Assembly: GCA_012839925.1 (NCBI GenBank)
Contig: DUMJ01000042.1
Span: forward strand, 31,441-95,440
Reading direction: 5' to 3'
DNA length: 64,000 nucleotides
DNA from: a bacterium
GTDB lineage: Bacteria; DUMJ01
Made by a program: the position numbers and the translations under genes. Positions 57,682-64,000 of this stretch are shown here, piece after piece. Position 1 is the first letter of the stretch. Each line of letters begins with the position of its first letter. A model generated the notes under the pieces. It searched no databases and was not told where the DNA came from. It saw only the letters and a program-made list of their open reading frames with translations.

Positions 57682-59613
57682 ATGATATCTCAGAGTAACA
57701 TTAGAGAAGATAATTTGGCTTCTGGTAAAGATGTGGGTGGTAAAAAAGAACTATCGCAAATTGTAGAAAAAAATTATTGTTTTTATAATATACAGGTATG
57801 CGGGACTCTTGACGGTTTCAATACAGTTTATTATTTGGACACTTATGGTGGTCATAAAAGAGAAGAAGTTAAATTCGAACCTAATGTAGCTCTTATAATA
57901 GAGAATATTGGAGACACTGATGTAATAGCACCTAGAATTATAATAAATGGGAAAAGAAACTGGTACTCAGTAGATGATATTCTAAATGAGATAATAAATG
58001 ATTCTATGAATGAAGAAGAAAAAACCTTAGCAATTTTTCGTTTTATAAGTGATATCAGTATCAATGCACATGATAATAACTTAAGAGTCAGTCCTCCTTA
58101 TCCAGATGAGGAATCAAATCCTTCAAAGAACCAGTTTAAGGAACGTGCTAATCCAGTAAAAGCTGTAAACTGTTTTTATTGTAGCGGATGTTCACTATCG
58201 GCAGCTAACTTCGTAATATTATGTCGGCATGCAGGTTTGGAAGCACGTGCTATTTGGATGTCAGAAAGATATATATATCATTGTGTAGCTGAGGTTAAGT
58301 ATAATGGTAAATATCACCTCTTTGATCCAGAGCAAAATGCCTTCTTCCTAGATCTAGGCGATACTACTATTGCTTCTTATGAAGAAGTTTATAGATGTCC
58401 TGAAATCAAAATGAGAACGCATATGTGTGGGTTCGCTCAAAAAGAGGAAAATTATCCTGGAGAATCTTATTGTAGTATATATCCCCCTTATTCTATGCCT
58501 GTTGAAGATTGGGTTACCACTATGGATATTATTCTAAGACCCGGTGAATCTTTTATCAAAAGATGGGATAATGTGGGTAAGTTTGGTAGGGTCTTTAACT
58601 CACGGAATAATGGTCAGAGACCTCCATATCGGCTCGCTAATGGGAAATTTGTTTATAAGCCTGATCTCTCTAGAAATATTTATCGAAAAGGTATGGTATT
58701 TGAAAGAAATGTAAAGTCCCTCGAAGATGATGGAGTGAAACCTAACTTACATATGGATACCATAGAGCAACCTTCTATTATTATGTATAAAGTTACTTCT
58801 CCCTATCCTATCGTGGGAGGAATAGTAGGCGGTATTTTTTATAGGAAAAATCAGGATGACGTGATAAAGGTTTATTTTTCGTCCGGAGATCAAGATTGGG
58901 TTGAAATTTGGTCAGTTAAAGAAGCCAGCCTACCAGGGAAAAACCTTGGGGTATTCGAAGCATATGAAGACATATCATACCAGAATGTAGGTGGTAGTAG
59001 AGGGTTGGATAGTAAATTTGAAGTATCCCTAATTGACCCTTTAAATACAGCCCCAAAATATGAATATTATATTAAATATGAATTCCACAGTAATATTTCC
59101 CCTTATGATGTGGGGATAGAGAATATATATTTAGAAACCATTGTCCAAATGAGTAATACCTCACTTCCTGCACTTTCAGTAGGAGAAAATAAAATAGAGT
59201 ATACAGATAAAACTAAGGGATCTCGTCATGTGAAAATCACTCATGTATGGCACGAGAGTTCAGAATCGATTCCTCCAGAGCCACCCTCTGCCCCAGTTTC
59301 CCCTAGAGATAATCAAGAGATTTCCTTAGTATCTCTTAAATATCTTGAATGGGAACCTTCTGCTGATCCTGACGGGAAGGGGATACTTGATTATCATCTC
59401 CAGGTAAGTCTTTCCCCAAATTTTTTAGCTCCAGTGTCACCGAATTTTGATCGCCTTACCCGAGATGAGCAACCTAAATGGAAAATCCCTGAGGGATGGC
59501 TAGTAGGAGGAAGGACATATTATTGGAGAGTAAAGGCAAGAAATCAATGGGGAGCTTGGAGTAATTGGAGTAAGCCATGGAGTTTTACTGTTATAAAAGA
59601 GGAATATAGATGA
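57682..59613 (+). CDS. Transglutaminase-like (Cys-His-Asp) domain protein with C-terminal Fn3-like domain
   Basis: GCSLSAANF..LCRHAGLEAR, HCVAEV, HLFDP; C-terminal W..S.DPDG...YHLQVS...YYWRVKARN..G.WS.WS. Confidence 0.7.
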   Translation: MISQSNIREDNLASGKDVGGKKELSQIVEKNYCFYNIQVCGTLDGFNTVYYLDTYGGHKREEVKFEPNVALIIENIGDTDVIAPRIIINGKRNWYSVDDILNEIINDSMNEEEKTLAIFRFISDISINAHDNNLRVSPPYPDEESNPSKNQFKERANPVKAVNCFYCSGCSLSAANFVILCRHAGLEARAIWMSERYIYHCVAEVKYNGKYHLFDPEQNAFFLDLGDTTIASYEEVYRCPEIKMRTHMCGFAQKEENYPGESYCSIYPPYSMPVEDWVTTMDIILRPGESFIKRWDNVGKFGRVFNSRNNGQRPPYRLANGKFVYKPDLSRNIYRKGMVFERNVKSLEDDGVKPNLHMDTIEQPSIIMYKVTSPYPIVGGIVGGIFYRKNQDDVIKVYFSSGDQDWVEIWSVKEASLPGKNLGVFEAYEDISYQNVGGSRGLDSKFEVSLIDPLNTAPKYEYYIKYEFHSNISPYDVGIENIYLETIVQMSNTSLPALSVGENKIEYTDKTKGSRHVKITHVWHESSESIPPEPPSAPVSPRDNQEISLVSLKYLEWEPSADPDGKGILDYHLQVSLSPNFLAPVSPNFDRLTRDEQPKWKIPEGWLVGGRTYYWRVKARNQWGAWSNWSKPWSFTVIKEEYR

Positions 59614-59796
59614 TCCTTTCCGCAAAACTGAATATAGCGTTATTGAAGTGTTAGAGATTGCTCCTATAAGAGCTATTAACTACTTCCATTGAAGAGGAGC
59701 GAGAGTTGGAAAAAGAAGAGCATAGAAATTGTAGGGGAGCAAAAGAAATTAGGCCATAGGGGAGGGGTGAATAATAAAATTATAGTTCTTTAGCTT

Positions 59797-60918
59797 GTGA
59801 CTATAAGATTAGAGTTTCTGAAAAACTTGGTATATAGAATAAGGAGGTTTCCTTTTATGTCTGATATACTTTTTAAAAGAGGCCGAGTCATAGAAGCGCT
59901 AAACTGCAAACCGGTAGATAGACCACCTATATATGATCTTATAAGGAATGATGCTCTTATAGAATACTTTACTGGTAGGAAACTCATGGTAGAAAATGGT
60001 GTAGATGATGCTTTGTTTGCCATGAGTCAATTTCTAGATGCTACTAAACAATTTATTCGCTTCCCCCAGAAGGAAAGAATAGAGAGGGATGTAGAATATA
60101 AAAGATGGACATCTTGGAAGATTAAAGAAGAAAGGTATGACTTAACTGAACTTGCTCAAAGGATTAAAGAGTATGTTTATTCTTGGAAAGGATGGAATAG
60201 AAACGAACAGGAAGTCTTAGATGTTCAATTAGCTGATCTATATTGGAAACAGTCCAAGTTAGGTGATACAGTAGTATTCCTAAATGGTTGGATGGGAGGG
60301 ATTTATTCTTTTGCTGACTTTGTGGGAGGATGGGACAAGTTTTCTTATCTCTTAATAGATGAACCTAAATTTGTTAGCGAGGGTTTAGATGTTATGTTCC
60401 AAAGAGCATTAGAGTATGCTCGACATTTGCCTGATAATCTATATACTCCCGCAGTTTTTGTAGGAGAAGATATAGCATATAAAAATGGTCTTATTATTTC
60501 TCCAAAGTTACTTAGGGAAGAGTTTATGCCAAGATTAAAAAAGATAGTTGAAGTGTATCATGGTAAAGGATTAAAAGTGATATTCCACTCTGATGGCAAT
60601 CTCTGGGATATTATGGATGATTTAGTAGATTGTGGAATAGATGCATTAAACCCAATTGAAAGTTTTGCCGGTATGGATATAGAGAAACTACGCAAAAGAT
60701 ACCCCAAATTAGTATTAATAGGAGGAATCGACTGTAGTGAGTTATTACCATTTGGTTCTCCGTATGGTGTAAGATGCACAGTAAAAAAGGCTATAGAAGA
60801 TTCAAAATATGGTTATTTTGTAGGCTCCTCAAGCGAATTGCATAACGAAATCCCATTAGTAAATATATTAGCAATGTATACAGAAGTGTTACGATATTTA
60901 GAGAGAATTACAAACTAG
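59797..60918 (+). CDS. URO-D / MtaA-CmuA superfamily protein
   Basis: VDRPP, GEDIAYK, FHSDGN, D.LNPIE..AGMD, GGID, SSSELH; start may be 59857. Confidence 0.75.
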   Translation: MTIRLEFLKNLVYRIRRFPFMSDILFKRGRVIEALNCKPVDRPPIYDLIRNDALIEYFTGRKLMVENGVDDALFAMSQFLDATKQFIRFPQKERIERDVEYKRWTSWKIKEERYDLTELAQRIKEYVYSWKGWNRNEQEVLDVQLADLYWKQSKLGDTVVFLNGWMGGIYSFADFVGGWDKFSYLLIDEPKFVSEGLDVMFQRALEYARHLPDNLYTPAVFVGEDIAYKNGLIISPKLLREEFMPRLKKIVEVYHGKGLKVIFHSDGNLWDIMDDLVDCGIDALNPIESFAGMDIEKLRKRYPKLVLIGGIDCSELLPFGSPYGVRCTVKKAIEDSKYGYFVGSSSELHNEIPLVNILAMYTEVLRYLERITN

Positions 60919-60929
60919 GAGGTATTATT

Positions 60930-61823
60930 ATGAAGATCAGCTGCTGCTGGTTGTATGCAATAAGCAAGTATGGGTATCCGCCACGTATGGAGAATGTCTT
61001 TAAGGCATTAAAAGAAATGGCAGATATGGGGTTTGAATATGTAGAACTGGAAGGGGTAAGGGAAGAGAATCTGAAAGAGGTATACAGTAATAGAGAAAAG
61101 ATAAAGGACCACTGTGAAAATCTGGGGGTAAAGATAATAAACTTCTGTCCTATTATACCAGATATCGTAAGCCTGGATGATGATAAAAGGGAAAAAGCTA
61201 AAGATCTATTCCTGCTGGCGATAGACATAGCCAGATATTTTAATTGTGAAACTATTCAAACTGATAGTTATACCCCACCATTGGAGTTTATAGGAGAGGC
61301 TCCATATAAGGAGAGTATAAGTTATGGAAAGCAGTATAAGGTAAAGATCGATCCAGACTTTAGCTGGGAAAAACTCTGGGATGTACTGGTCAATAGTTTC
61401 AGGTTTGCCAGTGAAACTGCTAAAGAAGCAGGATTAAAATTCTGCCTGGAGCCCAGAGTAGGTGAGATAATAAGCAATACTGATGCCATTCTCAGGCTTA
61501 TGGACCATGTAAAAAGTGATAACTTTGGAGCAGTTTTAGATACAGGTCATCAAAATGCACAAAAAGAGATTCTGCCATTGTCTGTAGAAAAATTAGGGAA
61601 CAGGATATTCTACCTCCATGTATCAGACAATGATGGGAAAATCAATGAGCATCTCCCTTTAGGGAAAGGTAATATAGACTGGGAGGGGATATTCCTGGCA
61701 TTAAAGAAACATAACTATCAGGGGTATGTAGCTATAGATATTGGTAATGTTCCAGATATAGAGAAGGCGTATATGGATTCAAAGAGGTTCTTAGAAGATT
61801 TAGGGAAAAGGATTGATATATAG
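60930..61823 (+). CDS. Sugar phosphate isomerase/epimerase (xylose isomerase-like TIM barrel)
   Basis: GFEYVELE, CLEP, DTGH, LHVSDN, HLPLG.G.IDW. Confidence 0.85.
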   Translation: MKISCCWLYAISKYGYPPRMENVFKALKEMADMGFEYVELEGVREENLKEVYSNREKIKDHCENLGVKIINFCPIIPDIVSLDDDKREKAKDLFLLAIDIARYFNCETIQTDSYTPPLEFIGEAPYKESISYGKQYKVKIDPDFSWEKLWDVLVNSFRFASETAKEAGLKFCLEPRVGEIISNTDAILRLMDHVKSDNFGAVLDTGHQNAQKEILPLSVEKLGNRIFYLHVSDNDGKINEHLPLGKGNIDWEGIFLALKKHNYQGYVAIDIGNVPDIEKAYMDSKRFLEDLGKRIDI

Positions 61824-61831
61824 GAGGACAT

Positions 61832-63805
61832 ATGTTCAGACCATTTCTGGATGGATATTATGATGTAGAGAATCAGCTACCTGAGTATGTAAAGAGGAAG
61901 GCATTCGAATACTTCAAAAGAGAGGAAGAGGAGAAGAGCAGTATAAAAAGTATCGAGGAGTTTGAAAAGAGAAGAAACAGAATTAGAGAATATTTTATAG
62001 ATGCTATAGGGGGATTAGATATCGAGAAGACAGACCTGAAGGCTAAGATTACAGGCACTGTAGAAAGAGAGAACTATATTATAAATAAAATTGTATATCA
62101 GAGTATTCCTGGTTTCTATGTGACTGCAAATCTATATCTCCCAAAAGAGATAGAAGAAAAGTCTCCTGCTGTATTATTTGCCTGTGGGCATTGGGAATGG
62201 GCAAAAACTGCGCCTGAGTACCAAAGAATATGCATAGAACTTGTAAATAATGGTTTTGTAGTTTTAGCTGTTGACCCTATCGGTCAGGGAGAGAGGATGC
62301 AGTACTATGATAAATTTTTAAAGAGAACCCTGGTGAGATGGGGAACGATGGAGCACTCTTACGCTGGACTTCAATGTACACTGACAGGTGCTGGTATAGC
62401 AAGATACTTTACATGGGACTTAATAAGGGCTATCGACCTGTTAGAATCTCTTCCAGATGTTGATAATGAGAGGATAGGTATAACTGGAAACTCTGGAGGA
62501 GGAACCCAGACGTCTTATATGCTGTTAGTCGAGCCCAGACTGAAAGTAGCTGTTCCCTGTACCTATATTACATCGAGAGAAGAGTATATGAAGACAGGAC
62601 AGGCTCATGATAATGAACAGAACATATTTAAGGCTATCTCAATGGGATTAAACTATGATGACTTTGTTACTGGCTTTGCTCCAAAACCAGTGATGATAGG
62701 TGCTGTTGATTCAGACTTCTTCTGTATAGAAGGGACACTCAGGTCTTACGAGAGAGCAAAAGCGATTTATAAACTCTATGGTAAGGAAGAAGACATAAAA
62801 CTGTATGTAACGAAAGGTACCCACAGCTACAACGATGAACTCAGAGAAGAAGCGGTAGGGTGGTTTGTAAAATATTTAAAAGGAGAAAAGAGGAGTAAAA
62901 GTTCAGATATAAAAGTTGAAGAGGATGAGACCCTGAGATGTACAATATCCGGGCAGGTACTTGCAGAATTTGATGATGCAAAGAATATAACCGAACTGAA
63001 TTATGACTACTTCAAAAAATATCATAAGGAGATATCAGGTAAGGAAAATATAAGAGAGAAACTCCTTGAGATTTTAAACCTGCCACAGGATAAAAGACCT
63101 CTCTATCCGAGGACGATAGAATCAGGGTCTTTTAATGGGTTCCCCTATAAGAAGGTATTTATGTTTACAGAAACAGACATAACAACAGCTGGAGTATATT
63201 TCTCTGGAGAAGGTAGTAATCTATGCACATTGTTACTTTTAGATAATGGAACAGAAGATGTATTGAAAGAATTTGATTTGATAAGGAGTTTCCTATCTAG
63301 AGGAGATGTATTTGTATATGACCCTAGAGGAATTGGTTCAGTAAAGTGTAGAGATATAAATCTTCATGGATTTTATGAGTATTACGGAACTGAGTATAAG
63401 TTGAATTTTGATCTAATAATGCTAGGGACATCTATGACTGCCTTGAGAGTTTTTGATATCTTGAGAGCTTTCGAATACGTTAAAGAGGTTAATCCAAAAG
63501 CTACTCTTTCTATAGCTGGGAAAGGAGTAAGCTCCATATATGCGCTATTTGCCAGTGTGATTGATGAAAGTGTAAAAGAGATATACCTGGAAGATATTCT
63601 CTATTCTTATGAGGAGTTAATCTCTTCCAGATACTACAGGTATGACCCTAGACTTGAGATATATGGAATAGCAAGATATTTCGATATTAAAGATCTTATA
63701 TCCTGTATAAGCGATAGAAATGTTGTTCTGGTAAACCCAAGAGATAGCAGGGGAGAGATAGCTAATATAGAGGAACTTGGAGGAGTAAAAGCCTACAGGT
63801 ACTAG
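61832..63805 (+). CDS. Acetylxylan-esterase-like alpha/beta hydrolase (two hydrolase-like domains, second degenerate)
   Basis: CGH, DPIGQGER, GNSGGG nucleophile elbow, DFF, H; second domain D.RG.G with GKG instead of GxSxG. Confidence 0.8.
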   Translation: MFRPFLDGYYDVENQLPEYVKRKAFEYFKREEEEKSSIKSIEEFEKRRNRIREYFIDAIGGLDIEKTDLKAKITGTVERENYIINKIVYQSIPGFYVTANLYLPKEIEEKSPAVLFACGHWEWAKTAPEYQRICIELVNNGFVVLAVDPIGQGERMQYYDKFLKRTLVRWGTMEHSYAGLQCTLTGAGIARYFTWDLIRAIDLLESLPDVDNERIGITGNSGGGTQTSYMLLVEPRLKVAVPCTYITSREEYMKTGQAHDNEQNIFKAISMGLNYDDFVTGFAPKPVMIGAVDSDFFCIEGTLRSYERAKAIYKLYGKEEDIKLYVTKGTHSYNDELREEAVGWFVKYLKGEKRSKSSDIKVEEDETLRCTISGQVLAEFDDAKNITELNYDYFKKYHKEISGKENIREKLLEILNLPQDKRPLYPRTIESGSFNGFPYKKVFMFTETDITTAGVYFSGEGSNLCTLLLLDNGTEDVLKEFDLIRSFLSRGDVFVYDPRGIGSVKCRDINLHGFYEYYGTEYKLNFDLIMLGTSMTALRVFDILRAFEYVKEVNPKATLSIAGKGVSSIYALFASVIDESVKEIYLEDILYSYEELISSRYYRYDPRLEIYGIARYFDIKDLISCISDRNVVLVNPRDSRGEIANIEELGGVKAYRY

Positions 63806-63817
63806 GAGGGAGAAAAG

Positions 63818-64000
63818 ATGAAACGCTATGTAATGGTTGGTGCAAGTAGCAGAGGATTCTATATGTATGCCATCCCAATAACTGAGAGATTCAAGGACTA
63901 TGCAAAATTAGTAGGTATATTCGATATAAATAGGAAGAGGGCAGAATATGTAAGTAATTACTGCGGAGGGGTCCCAGTCTTTGACGACTTTGATAAGATG
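63818..64000 (+). CDS. Gfo/Idh/MocA oxidoreductase (5' part only; not in the ORF track)
   Basis: MKRYVMVGASSRG...LVGIFDINRKRA...PVFDDFDKM after GGAGG RBS. Confidence 0.75.
   Translation, partial: MKRYVMVGASSRGFYMYAIPITERFKDYAKLVGIFDINRKRAEYVSNYCGGVPVFDDFDKM

Noticed and set aside
59614-59790. Small ORF or pseudogene between the transglutaminase-like and URO-D-like genes; GAAAAGAAGAGCATAGAA-like match to ~27610-27630
   Set aside because: No frame longer than ~30 codons; the match is short and low-complexity
3000-62058. The many short antisense/alternate-frame ORFs in the track (e.g. 3885-4358, 10615-11073, 13625-14056, 38388-38807, 52993-53412)
   Set aside because: They lie wholly opposite or within well-supported genes, are Ser/Ile/Pro-rich as expected for shadows of AGA/ATA-rich genes, and lack motifs
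1-64000. CRISPR array, rRNA, prophage or integrase at the tRNA cluster
   Set aside because: No regularly spaced direct repeats, rRNA-like sequence, phage genes, or duplicated tRNA 3' end seen

Overview
Low-GC, AGA/ATA-codon-rich bacterial chromosome segment from an anaerobic, probably thermophilic saccharolytic organism (Dictyoglomota/Thermotogota/Atribacterota-like gene repertoire; taxonomy is inference only). Left part: metallophosphoesterase, URO-D-like protein, geranylgeranyl-reductase-like flavoprotein, nnr, a TPP-riboswitch-controlled thiT-thiN operon and three tRNAs. These are followed by a ~20 kb tightly packed run: tig-clpP-clpX-lon-valS-folC, a hydrogenase-associated sensory cluster (DRTGG, CBS-kinase, group C/D [FeFe]-hydrogenase-like protein, PHP, HATPase), hydC-hydD-hydB, rnfD-rnfE-rnfA, a divergent TRAP (mtrB) and glmS. 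The most striking observation is that the electron-bifurcating HydBC(D) module is followed not by a catalytic HydA but directly by only the three integral-membrane Rnf subunits (no rnfC, rnfG or rnfB in the window), suggesting a hybrid membrane-bound redox complex. Right part: PII-like/DUF1538 pair, GH31, a decayed IS, met/cys genes, guaB3, an Etf/lactate-dehydrogenase-like module and sugar-catabolic loci built around three orphan family-5 solute-binding proteins with several uncharacterised enzymes. A duplicated promoter/leader with a possible RNA structure and putative mRNA-stabilising elements around the SBP genes were also found. No CRISPR array, rRNA or prophage was seen.
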